Made by a program: the position numbers and the translations under genes
Source of the DNA: Eledone cirrhosa
Lineage: Eukaryota
NCBI GenBank assembly: GCA_964016885.1
Contig: OZ024748.1
Coordinates: forward strand, 35,278,001-35,342,000
Direction: 5' to 3'
Length of the DNA stretch: 64,000 nt
Shown: positions 14,101 to 28,800 of the stretch, piece by piece
Layout: every line of letters starts with the position of its first letter
How positions within the stretch are numbered: position 1 is the stretch's first letter
The notes under the pieces: model-generated
Seen by the model: only the letters and a program-made list of their open reading frames with translations
The model's database searches: none
What the model was told of the DNA's origin: nothing

Positions 14101-17100
14101 CACACTCTACACCCCAGTCTAGGTGGTATGTCTCAGCTGTGGTAGGGAGTGACAGACTCTACACCCCAGTTTAGGTGGTATATCTCCACTGTGGTAGGGA
14201 GTGATAGACTCTACACCGAGTCTAGATGGTATATTTCAGCTGTGGTAGGGTGTGGTAGACTCTACACCCTAGTCTAGGTGGTAGATCTCAGATGTGGTAG
14301 GGAGTGACAGACTCTACACCCCAGTCTAGGTGGTATATCTTACATGTGGTAGGGAGTGACAGACTCTACACCCCAGTCTAGGTGGTATATCTTACATGTG
14401 GTAGGGTATGACAAACTCTACACCCCAATCTAGATGGTATATCTCAGCTGTGGTAGGGAGTGACAGACTCTACACCCCAGTCTAGGTGGTATATCTTACA
14501 TGTGGTAGGGTATGACAAACTCTACACCCCAGTTTAGGTGGTATATCTCAGCTGTGGTAGGGAGTGATAGACTCTACACCCCAGTCTAGGTGGTATATCT
14601 CAGCTGGTGTACGGAGTGACAGACTCTACACTCCAGTTTAGGTGGTATATCTCAGCTGGGGTACGGAGTGACAGACTCTACACCACAGTCTAGGTGGTAT
14701 ATCTCAGCTGTGGTAGGGAGTGATAGACTCTACACCCCAGTCTAGGTGGTATATCCCAGCGCTGTGGTAGGGAGTGACAGACTCTACACCCCATTCTAGG
14801 TGGTATTTCCCAGCTCTGGTAGGGTGTGACAAACTCTACATCCCAGTCTAGGTGGTATAACTCAGATGTGGTAGGGTGTGGTAGACCCTACACCCTAGTC
14901 TAGGTGGTAGATCTAAGATTTGGTAGGGAGTGACAGACTCTACACCCCAGTCTAGGTGGTATATCTCAGCTGTAGTAGTGAGTGGTAGACTCTACCCTCC
15001 AGTCTAGGTGGTATATCTCTGCTGTGGTAGGCAGTTACAGTCTCTACACCCCAGTCTCGGTGGTATATCTCAGCTGTGGTAGGGTATGGTAGACCCTACA
15101 CCCTAGTCTAAGTGGTAGATCTCTGGTGTGGTAGGGAGTCACAGACTCTACACCCCAGTCTAGGTGGTATATCTTACACGTGGTAGGGAGTGGCAGACTC
15201 TACACCCCAGTCTAGGTGGTATATCTTACATGTGGTAGGGTGTGACAAACTCTACACCCCAGTCTAGGTGGTATATTTCAGCTGTGGCAGGGAGTGACAG
15301 ACTCTAAACCCCAGTCTATGTGGTATATCTCAGCTGTTGTAGGGAGTGACAGACTCTACACCCTAGTTTTTGTGCAATAGCTCAACTGTGACAGACTCTA
15401 CACCCCCAGTCTAGGTGGTATACCACAGCTGTGGTTGGGAGTGACAGACTCTACACCTTAGTCTAGGTGGTATATCTCAACTGTGGGGGGGAGTGTCTGA
15501 CTCAACACCCCAGTCTAGATGATATATCTCAGCTGTGGTAGAGTGTGGTAGACTCTACACCCTAGTCTAGGTGGTAGATCTCAGATGTGGTAGGGAGTGA
15601 CAGACTCTACACCCCAGTCTAGGTGGAATATCTCAGCTGGGGTACGGAGTGACAGACTCTACACTCCAGTCTAGGTGTTATATCTCAGCTATTGTAGGGA
15701 GTGACAGACTCTACACCCTAGTTTTTGTGCTATAGCTCAACTGTGACAGACTCTACACCCCCAGTCTAGGTGGTATACCACAGCTGTGGTTGGGAGTGAC
15801 AGACTCTACACCTTAGTCTAGGTGGTATATCTCAGCTGTGGGGGGGAGTGAAAGACTCTACACCCCAGTCTAGATAGTATATCTCAGCGGTGGTAGAGTG
15901 TGGTAGACTCTACACCCTAGTTTAGGTGGTAGATTTCAGATGTGGTAGGGAGTGAGAGACTCTCCACCCCAGTCTAGGTGGTATATCTTACATGTGGTAG
16001 GGTGTGACAAACTCTACACCCCAGTCTAGGTGGTATATCTCAGCTGTGGTAGTGAGTGACAGACTCTACACCCCAGTCTAGGTGGTATATCTCAGCAGTG
16101 GGAGGGAGTGACAGACTCTACACCCCAGTCTATGTGGTATATCTCAGCTGTGGTAGGGAGTGACAGACTCTACAACCTAGTTTTTGTGGTATAGCTCAAC
16201 CGTGACAGACTCTACACCCCCGGTCTAGATGGTATACCACAGCTGTGGTAGGGAGTGACAGACTCTACACATTTGTCTAGGTGGTTTATCTCAGCTGTGG
16301 GAGGGAGTGACAGACTCTACACCCCAGTCTAGGTGGTATATCTCAGCTGTGGTAGGGAGTGGTAAACTTTACACCCCAGTCAAGGTGGTATATCTCAGCT
16401 GTGGTATGGAGTGACAGACTCTACAACCCTCTCTAGGTGGTATATCTCAGCTGTGGTAGTGTGTGGTAGAGTCTACACCCTAGTCTAGGTGGTAGATCTC
16501 AGATGTGTTAGGGAGTGACAGACTCTACACCCCAGCCTAGGTGGTATAACTCAGTTGTGGGAGGGACTGATAGACTCTATACACATTCTAGGTGGTATAT
16601 CTCAGCTGGGGTACGGAGTGATAGACTCTACACCCCAGTCTAGGTGGTATATCTCAAATGTGGTAGGGAGTGGTAGACTCTACTCCCCTGTCTAGGTGGT
16701 ATATCTCAGCTCTGGTAGGGAGTGATAGACTCTACACCCAGTCTAGATGGTATATCTCAGCTGTGGTAGGGTGTGGTAGATTCTACACCCTAGTCTAGGT
16801 GGTAGATCTCAGATGTGGTAGGGAATGACAGATTCTACACCCCAGTCTAGGTGGTATATCTTACATGTGGTAGGGAGTGACAGACTCTACATTCCAGTCT
16901 AGGTGGTATATCTCAGCTGTGGTAGGGAGTGACAGACTCTACACCCCAGTCTAGGTGGTATATCTCCACTGTGGTAGGGATTGACAGACGCTACAGCCCA
17001 TTCTAGGTGGTATATCTCAGCTGTGGTAAGTAGTGACAGACTCTACACCACAGTCTAGGTGGTATATCTCAGCTGCGGTAGGGAGTGAGAGACTCTACAC

Positions 17101-20100
17101 CCCAGTCTAGGAGGTATATCTCAGCTGTGGTAGTGAATGACAGACTCTACACCCCAGTCCAGGTGGTATATCTAAACCGTGGTAGGGAGTGACAGATTCT
17201 ACACACCAGTCTAGGTGGTATATCTTACATGTGGTAGGGAGTGACAGACTCTACGCCCCAGTCTAGGTGGTATATCTCAGCTGTGGTAGTGAGTGACATA
17301 CTCTACACCCCTCTCTAGGTGGTATATCTCAGCTGTGGTAGGGAGTGACAGACTCTACACCCCAGTCCAGGTGGTATATCTAAACCGTGGTAGGGAGTGA
17401 CAGACTCTACACCCCAGTCTAGGTGGTATATCTAATCTGTGGTAGTGAGTGACAGACTATACACACCAGTCTAGGTGCTATATCTCAGCTGTGGGAGGGA
17501 GTGACAAACTCTACACCCCTGTCTAGGTGGTATATCTCAGCTGTGGTAGGGAGTGGTAAAATTTACACCCCATCTAGGTGGTATATCTCAGCTGTGGTAG
17601 GGAGTGACAGACTCTACACCCCAGTCTCGGTGGTATATCTCAGCTGTTGTAGGGTGTGGTAGACCATACACCCTAGTCTAAGTGGTAGATCTCAGATGTG
17701 GTAGGGAGTGACAGACTCTACACCCCAGTCTAGGTGGTATATCTTACATGTGGTAGGGAGTGACAGACTCTACACCCCAGTCTATGTGGTATATCTCAGC
17801 TATTGTAGGGAGTGACAGACTCTACACCCTAGTTTTTGTGCTACAGCTCAACTGTGACAGACTCTACACCCCCAGTCTAGGTGGTATACCACAGCTGTGG
17901 TTGGGAGTGACAGACTCTACACCTTAGTCTAGGTGGTATATCTCAGCTGTGGGGGGGGGGAGTGAAAGACTCTACACCCCAGTCTAGATAGTATATCTCA
18001 GCGGTGGTAGAGTGTGGTAGACTCTACACCCTAGTCTAGGTGGTATATCTTATATGTGGTAGGGAGTGATAGACTCTACACCCCAGTTTAGGTGGTATAT
18101 CTCAGCTGTGGTAGGGAGTGATAGACTCTACACCCCAGTTTAGGTGGTATATCTCAGCTGTGGTAGGGAGTGATAGACTCTACACCCCAGTTTAGGTGGT
18201 ATATCTCAGCTGTGGTAGGGAGTGATAGACTCTACACCCCAGTTTAGGTGGTATATCTCAGCTGTGGTAGGGTGTGGTAGAGTCTCACCCTTGTCTAGGT
18301 GGTATATCTCAGCTGTGGTAGTGAGTGACAGACTCTACACCCCAGTCTAGGTGGTATAACTCAGTTGTGGGAGGGAGTGATAGACTCTACACACTAGTCT
18401 AGGTGGTAGATATCAGATGTGGTAGGGAGTGACAGACTCTACACCCCAGTCTAGGTGGTATATCTCAGCTGGGGTACGGAGTGACAGACTCTACACTCCA
18501 GTCTAGGTGGTATATCCCAGTTGTGGTAGGGAGTGACAGACTCTACACCCCAGTCTAGGTGGTATATCACAGCTGTGGTAGGGAGTGATAGACTCTTCAC
18601 CCCAGTCTAGGTGGTATATCTCAGCTGTGGTAGGGTGTGGTAGACCCTACACCCTAGTCTAGGTGGTAGATCTAAGATTTGGTAGGGAGTGACAGACTGT
18701 ACACCCCAGTCTAGGTGGTCTATCTCCGCTGTGGTAGTGAGTGGTAGACTCTACTCCCCAGTCTAGATGGTATATCTCCACTGTGGTAGGGAGTTACAGT
18801 CTCTACACCCCAGTCTCGGTGGTATATCTCAGCTGTGGTAGGGTGTGGTAGACCCTACACCCTAGTTTAAGTGGTAGATCTAAGATTTGGTAGGGAGTGA
18901 CAGACTCTACAGCCCAGTCTCGGTGGTGTATCTGAGTTGTGGTAGGGAGTGATAGACTCTACACCCAGTCTAGGTGTTATATCTTACATGTGGTAGGGTG
19001 TGACAAACTCTACACCCCAGTCTAGGTGGTATATCTTACATGTGGTAGGGTGTGACAAACTCTACACCCCAGTCTAGGTGGTATATCTCAGCTGTTGTAG
19101 GGAGTGACAGACTCTACACCCTAGTTTTTGTGCTATAGCTCAACTGTGACAGACTCTACACCCCCAGTCTAGGTGGTATTCCACAGCTGTGGTAGGGAGT
19201 GACAGACTCTACACCTTGGTCTAGGTGGTATATCTCAGCTGTGGGAGGGAGTGACAGACTCTACACCCCAGTCTATGTGGTATATCTCAGCTGTTGTAGG
19301 GAGTGGTAAACATTACACCCCAGTCTAGGTGGTATATCTCAGCTGTGGTAAGGAGTGACAGACTCTACACCCTAGTTTGTGTGGTATACCTCAACAGTGA
19401 CAGACTCTACAACCCTCTCTAGGTGGTATATCTCAGCTGTGGTAGTGTGTGGTAGAGTCTACACCCTAGTCTAGGTGGTAGATCTCAGATGTGTTAGGGA
19501 ATGACAGACTCTACACCCCAGTCTAGGTGGTATAACTCAGTTGTGGGAGGGATTGATAGACTCTATACACAGTCTAGGTGGTATATCTCAGCTGGGGTAC
19601 GAAGTGATAAACTCTACACCCCAGTCTAGGTGGTATATCTCAAATGTGGTAGGGAGTGGTAGACTCTACTCCCCTGTCTAGGTGGTATATCTCAGCTCTG
19701 GTAGGGAGTGACATACTCTACACACCAGTCTAGGTGGTATATCTCCACTGTGGTAGGGAGTGACAGACTCTACATCCTAGTCTATGTGGTATATCTCAGC
19801 TGTGGTAGGTAGTGACAGACTCTACACCCCAGTCTAGGTGGTATATCTCCACTGTGGTAGATAGTGACAGACTCTACACCCTAGTCTAGGTGGTATATCA
19901 CAGCAGTGGTAGGTAGTGACAGACTCTACACCCCAGTCTAGGTGGTTTATCACAGCTGTGGTAGGTAGTAACCGACTCTACACCCCAGTCTAGATGGTAT
20001 ATCTCAGCTGTGGTAGGTAGTGACAGACTCTACACCCCAGTCTAGGTGGTAGATCTCAGATGTGGTAGGGAGTGGCAGATTCTACGCCCCAGTCTAGGTG

Positions 20101-22889
20101 GTATATGTTACATGTGGTAGGGAGTGACAGATTCTACACCCCAGTCTAGGTGGTATATCTCAGCTGTGGTAGAGAGTGATAGACTTTATACCCAGTCTAG
20201 ATGGTATATCTCAGCTGTGGTAGGTAGTGACAGACTCTACACCCCAGTCTAGGTGGTATATCTTACACGTGGTAGGGTGTGACAAACTCTAAACCCCAGT
20301 CCAGGTGGTATATCTCAGCTGTGGTAGGGAGTGACAGACTCTACACCCCAGTCTAGGTGGTATATCTTACACGTGGTAGGGTGTGACAAACTCTACACCC
20401 CAGTCTAGGTGGTATATCTCAGCTGTGGTAGGGAGTGACAGACTCTACACCCCAGTCTAGGTGGTATATCTTACACGTGGTAGGGTGTGACAAACTCTAA
20501 ACCCCAGTCCAGGTGGTATATCTCAGCTGTGGTAGGGAGTGACAGACTTTACACCCCAGTCTATGTGGTATATCTCAGCTGTGGTAGGGAGTGGTAGACT
20601 CTACACCCCAGTCTAGGTGGTATACCTCAGCTGTGTTAGGGAGTGACATACACTACTTCCCAGTCTAGGTGGTATATCTCAGCTGGAAGTGGCAGACTCC
20701 AGACCCCAGTCTAGGTGGTATATCTCAGCTGCGGTAGGGAGTGACAGACTCTACACCCCAGTCTAGGTGGTATATCTTAGCTGTGGTAGGCTGTGATAGA
20801 CTCTACACCCAGTCTAGATGGTATATCTCAGCTGTGGTAGGATGTCGTAGACTCTACACCCTAGTCTAGGTGGTAGATCACAGATGTGGTAAGGAGAGAC
20901 AAACTCTACACCCCAGTCTAGGTGGTATATCTTACATGTGGTAGTGAGTGACATACTCTACACGCCAGTCTAGGTGGTAGATCTCAGAAGTCGTAGGGAG
21001 TGACAAACTCTACACCCCAGTCTAGGTGGTATATCATACATGTGGTAGGGGTGACAAACTCTACACCCCAGTCTAGGTGGTATATCTTACATGTGGTAGG
21101 GAGTGACAGACTCTACACCCTAGTCTAGGTGGTAGATCTCAGATGTGGTAGGGAGTGACAAACTCTACACCCCAGTCTAGGTGGTATATCTTACATGTGG
21201 TAGGTGTGACAAACTCTACACCACAGTCTAGGTGGTATATCTCAGCTGTGGTAGGGAGTGACAGACTCTACACCCCAGTCTAGGTGGTATATCTCAGCTG
21301 TGGTAGCGAGTGGTAAACTTTACACCCCAGTCTAGGTGGTATATCTCAGCTCTGGTAGGGGGTGACAAACTCTACCTCGCAGTCTAGGTGATATATCTCA
21401 CCTTTGGTAGGGAGTGACAGACTTTCCACCCTAGTGTGTGTGATATATCACAGCTGGGGTAGGGAGTTGTAGACTCTACACCCCAGTCTAGGTGGTAAAT
21501 TTTACATGTGGTAGGGTATGACAACCTCTACACCCCTGTCTAGGTGGTATATCTCAGCTGTGGTAGGGAATGGTAGACTCTACACCCAGTCTAGATGGTA
21601 TATCTCAGCTGTGGTAGGGAGTGATAGACTCTACACCCAGTCTAGATGGTATATCTCAGCTGTGGTAGGGAGTGATAGGCTCTACACCCAGTCTAGATGG
21701 TATATCTCAGCTGTGGTAGGGAGTGATAGACTCTACATCCCAGTCTAGGTTGTATATCTCAACTGTGGTAGGGTGTGGTAGATTCTACACCCTAGTTTAG
21801 GTGGTATTTCTCAGATGTGTTAGGGAGTGACAGACTCTACACCCCAGTCTAGGTTGTATAACTCAGTTATGGGAGGGAGTGATAGACGCCATACGCAGTC
21901 TAGGTGGTATATCTCAGCTGTGGTAGGGTGTGGTAGACTCTACACCCTAATCTAGGTGGTAGATCTAAGATTTGGTAGGGAGTGACTGACTCTAAACCCC
22001 AGTCTCGGTGGTATATCTCAACTGTGATAGGGAGTGCTAGACTCTACACCCAGTCTAGATATTTATATCTCAGGTGTGGTAGGGTGTGGTAGACTCTACA
22101 CCCTAGTATAGGTGGTAGATCTTACATGTGGTAGGGAGTGACAGACTCTACACCCCAGTCTAGGTGGTATATGTTACATGTGGTAGGGAATGACAGACTC
22201 TACACCCCAGTCTAGGTGGTATATCTTACATGTGGTAGGGCGTGACAAACTCTACACCCCAGTCTAGGTGGTATATCTAAACCGTGGTAGGGAGTGACAG
22301 ACTTTACACCCCAGTCTATGGGGTAGGGAGTGGTAGACTCTAGACCCCAGTCAAGGTGGTATAATTTACATGTGGGAGGGTGTGACAACCTCTACACCCC
22401 TGTCTAGGTGGTATATCTCAGCTGTGGTAGGGAGTGGTAGATTCTACACCCCAGTCTAGGTGTTATACCTCAGCTGTGGTAGGGAGTGACAGACACTACT
22501 TCCCAGTCTAGGTGGTATATCTCATCTGGAAGTGGCAAACTCTACACCCCAGTCTAGGTGGTATATCTCAGCTGTGGTAGGGAGTGATAGACTCTACACC
22601 CCTGTCTAGGTGATATATCTCAGCTGTGGTAGGGTGTGGTTGACCCTACACCCTAGTCTAGGTGGTAGATCTAAGATTTGGTAGGGAGTTGTAGACTCTA
22701 CTCCCCAGTCTAGGTGGTATATCTCCGCTGTGGTAGGGAGTGACAACTCTACACCACAGTCTCAGTGGTATATCTCAGCTCTGGTAGGGAGTGACAGACT
22801 CTACACCATGTCTAGATGGTATATCTCAGCTGTGGTAGGGTGTAGTAGATTCTACACCCTAGTCTAGGTGGTAGATCTCAGATGTGGTG

Positions 22890-25800
22890 GGGAGTGACAG
22901 ACTCTACACCCCAGTCTAGGTGGTATATCTTACATGTGGTAGGTAGTGACAGACTCTACACCCCAGTCTAGGTGGTATATCTCCACTGTGGTAGATAGTG
23001 ACAGACTCTACACCCTAGTCTAGGTGGTATATCACAGCTGTGGTAGGTAGTGACAGACTCTACACCCCAGTCTAGGTGGTATATCACAGCTGTGGTAGGT
23101 AGTGACAGACTTTACACCCCAGTCTAGGTGGTATATCTCAGCTGTGGTAGGGAGTGACAGACTCTACACCCCAGTCTAGGTGGTATATCTTACACGTGGT
23201 AGGGTGTGACAAACTCTAAACCCCAGTCCAGGTGGTATATCTCAGCTGTGGTAGTGAGTGACAGACTCTACACCCCAGTCTAGGTGGTATATCTCAAGTG
23301 TGGTAGGGAGTGACAGACTTTACACCCCAGTCTATGTGGTATATCTCAGATGTGGTAGGGAGTGGTAGACTCTACACCCCAGTCTAGGTGGTATACCTCA
23401 GCTGTGTTAGGGAGTGACATACACTACTTCCCAGTCTAGGTGGTATATCTCAGCTGGAAGTGGCAGACTCCAGACCCCAGTCTAGGTGTTATATCTCAGC
23501 TGCGGTAGGGAGTGACAGACTCTACACCCCAGTCTAGGTGGTATATCTTAGCTGTGGTAGGCTGTGATAGACTCTACACCCAGTCTAGATGGTATATCTC
23601 AGCTGTGGTAGGATGTCGTAGACTCTACACCCTAGTCTAGGTGGTAGATCACAGATGTGGTAAGGAGAGACAAACTCTACACCCCAGTCTAGGTGGTATA
23701 TCTTACATGTGGTAGTGAGTGACATACTCTACACGCCAGTCTAGGTGGTAGATCTCAGATGTCGTAGGGAGTGACAAACTCTACACCCCAGTCTAGGTGG
23801 TATATCATACATGTGGTAGGGGTGACAAACTCTACACCCCAGTCTAGGTGGTATATCTTACATGTGGTAGGGAGTGACAGACTCTACACCCTAGTCTAGG
23901 TGGTAGATCTCAGATGTGGTAGGGAGTGACAAACTCTACACCCCAGTCTAGGTGGTATATCTTACATGTGGTAGGTGTGACAAAATCTACACCCCAGTCT
24001 AGGTGGTATATCTCAGCTGTGGTAGGGAGTGACAGACTCTACACCCCAGTCTAGGTGGTATATCTCAGCTGTGGTAGCGAGTGGTAAACTTTACACCCCA
24101 GTCTAGGTGGTATATCTCAGCTCTGGTAGGGGGTGACAAACTCTACCTCGCAGTCTAGGTGATATATCTCACCTTTGGTAGGGAGTGACAGACTTTCCAC
24201 CCTAGTGTGTGTGGTATATCACAGCTGGGGTAGGGAGTTGTAGACTCTACACCCCAGTCTAGGTGGTAAATTTTACATGTGGTAGGGTATGACAACCTCT
24301 ACACCCCTGTCTAGGTGGTATATCTCAGCTGTGGTAGGGAATGGTAGACTCTACACCCCAGTCTAGGTGGTATATCTCAACTGTGGTAGGGAGTGATAGA
24401 CTCTACACCCAGTCTAGATGGTATATCTCAGCTGTGGTAGGGAGTGATAGACTCTACATCCCAGTCTAGGTTGTATATCTCAACTGTGGTAGGGTGTGGT
24501 AGATTCTACACCCTAGTTTAGGTGGTATTTCTCAGATGTGTTAGGGAGTGACAGACTCTACACCCCAGTCTAGGTTGTATAACTCAGTTATGGGAGGGAG
24601 TGATAGACGCCATACGCAGTCTAGGTGGTATATCTCAGCTGTGGTAGGGTGTGGTAGACTCTACACCCTAGTCTAGGTGGTAGATCTAAGATTTGGTAGG
24701 GAGTGACTGACTCTAAACCCCAGTCTCGGTGGTATATCTCAACTGTGATAGGGAGTGCTAGACTCTACACCCAGTCTAGATGTTATATCTCAGGTGTGGT
24801 AGGGTGTGGTAGACTCTACACCCTAGTCTAGGTGGTAGATCTAACATGTGGTAGGGAGTGACAGACTCTACACCCCAGTCTAGGTGGTATATGTTACATG
24901 TGGTAGGGAATGACAGACTCTACACCCCAGTCTAGGTGGTATATCTTACATGTGGTAGGGCGTGACAAACTCTACACCCCAGTCTAGGTGGTATATCTAA
25001 ACCGTGGGAGGGTGTGACAACCTCTACACCCCTGTCTAGGTGGTATATCTCAGCTGTGGTAGGGAGTGGTAGATTCTACACCCCAGTCTAGGTGTTATAC
25101 CTCAGCTGTGGTAGGGAGTGACAGACACTACTTCCCAGTCTAGGTGGTATATCTCATCTGGCAGTGGCAAACTCTACACCCCAGTCTAGGTGGTATATCT
25201 CAGCTGTGGTAGGGAGTGATAGACTCTACACCCCTGTCTAGGTGATATATCTCAGCTGTGGTAGGGTGTGGTAGACCCTACACCCTAGTCTAGGTGGTAG
25301 ATCTAAGATTTGGTAGGGAGTGACAGACTCTACACTCAAGTCTAGGTGGTATATCTCAGCTGTGGTAGGGAGTTGTAGACTCTACTCCCCAGTTTAGGTG
25401 GTATATCTCCGCTGTGGTAGGGAGTGACAACTCTACACCACAGTCTCAGTGGTATATCTCAGCTCTGGTAGGGAGTGACAGACTCTACACCATGTCTAGA
25501 TGGTATATCTCAGCTGTGGTAGGGTGTGGTAGATTCTACACCCTAGTCTAGGTGGTAGATCTCAGATGTGGTGGGGAGTGACAGACTCTACACCCCAGTC
25601 TAGGTGGTATATCTTACATGTGGTAGGGAGTGACAGACTCTACACCCCAGTCTAGGTGGTATATCTCAGCTGTGGTAGGGAGTGATAGACTCTACACCCT
25701 AGTTTAGGTGATATATCTCAGCTGTGGTAGGGTGTGGTAGAGTCTACACCATAGTGTAGGTGGTAGATCTGAGATGTGTTAGGGAGTGACAGACTCTACA

Positions 25801-28800
25801 CCCCAGTCTAGGTGGTATAGCTCAACTGTGACAGACTCTACACCCCCAGGCTAGGTGGTATACCACAGCTGTGTTAGGGAGTGACATACACTACACCCCA
25901 GTCTAGGTGGTATAGCTCAGCTGTGGTAGGCTGTGATAGACTCTACACCCAGTCTAGATGGTATATCTCAGCTGTGGTAGGGTGTGGTAGACTCTACACC
26001 CTAGTCTAGGTGGTAGATCTCAGATGTGGTAGGGAGAGACAAACTCTCCACCCCAGTCTAGGTGGTATATCTTACATGTGGTAGGGTGTGACAAACTCTA
26101 CACCCCATTCTAGGTGGTATATCTCAGCTGTGGTAGGGAGTGACAGACTTTACACCACAGTCTATGTGGTATATCACAGCTGTGGAAGGGAGTGGTAGAC
26201 TCAACACCCCAGTCTAGGTGGTATATTTAAGCTGTGGTAGGGAGTGATAGACTCTACACTCCAGTCTAGGTGGTATATCTCAGCTGTGTGAGGGAGTGAC
26301 AGACTTTACACCCCAGTCTATGTGGTATATCACAGCTGTGGAAGGGAATGCTATACTCTACACCCCATTCTAGGTGGTATATCTCAGCTGTGGTAGGGAG
26401 TGGTAGACTCTACTCCCCAGTCTAGGTGGTAGATCTCAGATGTGGTAGGGAATGACAGACTCTACACCCCAGTCTAGGGGGTATAACTCAGTTGTGGGAG
26501 GGAGTGATAGACTCTATACGCAGTCTAGGTGGTATATCTCCGCTGTGGTAGGGAGTGACAGATTCTACACCCCAGTCTCGGTGGTATATCTCAGCTGTGG
26601 TACGGAGTGATAGACTCTACACCCAGTCTAGATGGTATATCTCAGCTGTGGTAGGGTGTGGTAGACTCTACACCCTAGTCTCGGTGGTAGATCTCAGATT
26701 TGGTAGGGAGTGACAGACTCTACACCCCAGTCTAGGTGGTATATCTTACATGTGGTAGGGAGTGACAGACTCTACACCCCAATCTAGGTGGTATATCTTA
26801 CATGTGGTAGGGTGTGACAAACTCTACACCCCAGTCTAGGTGGTATATCTTACATGTGGTAGGGTGTGACAACCTCTACACCCCAGTCTAGGTGGTATAT
26901 CTCAGCTGTGGTAGTGAGTGACAGACTCTACACCCCAGTCTAGGTGGTATATCTCAGCTGTGGTAGGGAGTGATAGACTCTACACTCAGTCTAGATAGTA
27001 TATCTCAGCTGTGGTAGGGTGTGGTAGACTCTACACCCTAGTCTAGGTGGTATATCTCAGCTCTGGTAAGGAGTGACAGACTCTACACCCAAGTTTAGGT
27101 GGTATATCTTACATCTGATAGGGAGTGACAAACTCTAAACCACAGTCTAGGTGGTATATCCCAGCTGTAGGAGGGTGTCAAAAACTCTCCAGCCCAGTCT
27201 ATGTGGTATATCACAGCTGTGGTAGGGAGTGGTAGACTCTACACCCCAGTCTAGGTGTTATACCTCAGCTGTGATAGGGAGTGACAGACACTACTTCCCA
27301 GTCTAGGTGGTATATCTAAACTGGGAGTGGCAGACTCTACACCCCAGTCTAGATGGTATATCTCAGCTGTGGTTGGTTGTGGTAGACTCTACACCCTAGT
27401 CTAGGTGGTAGATCTCAGATGTGGTAGGGAGTGACAGACTCTACACCCCAGTCTAGGTGGTATATCTTACATGTGGTAGGGTGTGACAAATTCTACACCC
27501 CATTCTAGGTGGTATATCTCAGCCGTGGTAGGGAGTGACAGACTTTACACTCCAGTCTAGGTGGTATATCTCAGCTGTGGTAGGGAGTGACAGACTTTAC
27601 ACCCCAGTCTATGTGGTATATCACAGCTGGGGTAGGGAGTGGTAGACTCTACACCCCAGTCTAGGTAGTGTATTTTACATGCGGTAGGGTGTGACAACCT
27701 CTACACCCCTATCTAGGTGGTATATCTCAGCTGTGGTAGGGAGTGGTAGACTATACACCCCAGTCTAGGTGTTATACCTCAGCTGTGGTAGGGAGTGACA
27801 GACTATACACCCCAGTCTAGGTGGTATATCTCAGCTAGAAGTGGCAAACTCTACACCCCAGTCTAGGTGGTATATCTCAGCTGTGGTAGAGTGTGGTAGA
27901 CTCTACACCCTAGTCTAGGTGGTAGATCTCAGATGTGGTAGGGAGTGACAGACTCTACACCCCAGTCTAGGTGGTATATCTCAGCTGTGGTAGGGAGTGA
28001 CAAACTCTACACCCAAGTCTGGGTGGTATATCTCAGCTGTGGTAGGGAGTGACAGACTTTACACCACAGTCTATGTGGTATATCACAGCTGTGGAAGGGA
28101 GTGGTAGACTCTACACCCCATCCTAGGTGGTATATTTAAGCTGGGGTAGTGAGTGACAGACTTTACACCCCAGTCTAGGTGGTATATTCTACATGTGGTA
28201 GGGTGTGACAACTTCTACACCCCTGTCTAGGTGGTATATATCAGCTGTGGTAGGGAGTGACAGACACTACTTCCCAGTCTAGGTGTTATATCTCAGCTGG
28301 AAGTGGCAGACTCTACACCCCAGTCTAGGTGGTATACCTCAGCTGTGGTAGGGAGTGACAGACTCTAAACACCAGTCTAGGTGGTATATATCAGCTGTGG
28401 TAGGGAGTGGTAGACTCTACACCCCAGTCTAGGTGTTATACCTCAGTTGTGGTAGGGAGTGACAGATACTACTTCCCAGTCTAGGTGGTATATCTCAGCT
28501 GGAAGTGGCAGACTCTACACCACAGTCTAGATGGTATACCTCAGCTGTGGTAGGGAGTGACAGACTCTAAACCCCAGTCTAGGTGGTATATCTCAGCTGT
28601 GGTAGGGTGTGATAGACTCTACACCCCAGTCTAGGTGGTATATCTCAGCTGAGGTAGGGTCTACCCCCTAGTCTATGTTTTAGATCTCAGATGTGTTAGG
28701 GAGTGATAGACTCTACACCCCAGTCTAGGTCGTATAACTCAGTTGTGGGAGGGAGTGATAGACTCTATACGCAGTCTAGGTGGTATATCTCAGCTGTGGT

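Noticed and set aside
21518-21748. 76-aa ORF with a 17-aa repeat
   Set aside because: By-product of consecutive 51-bp satellite monomers.
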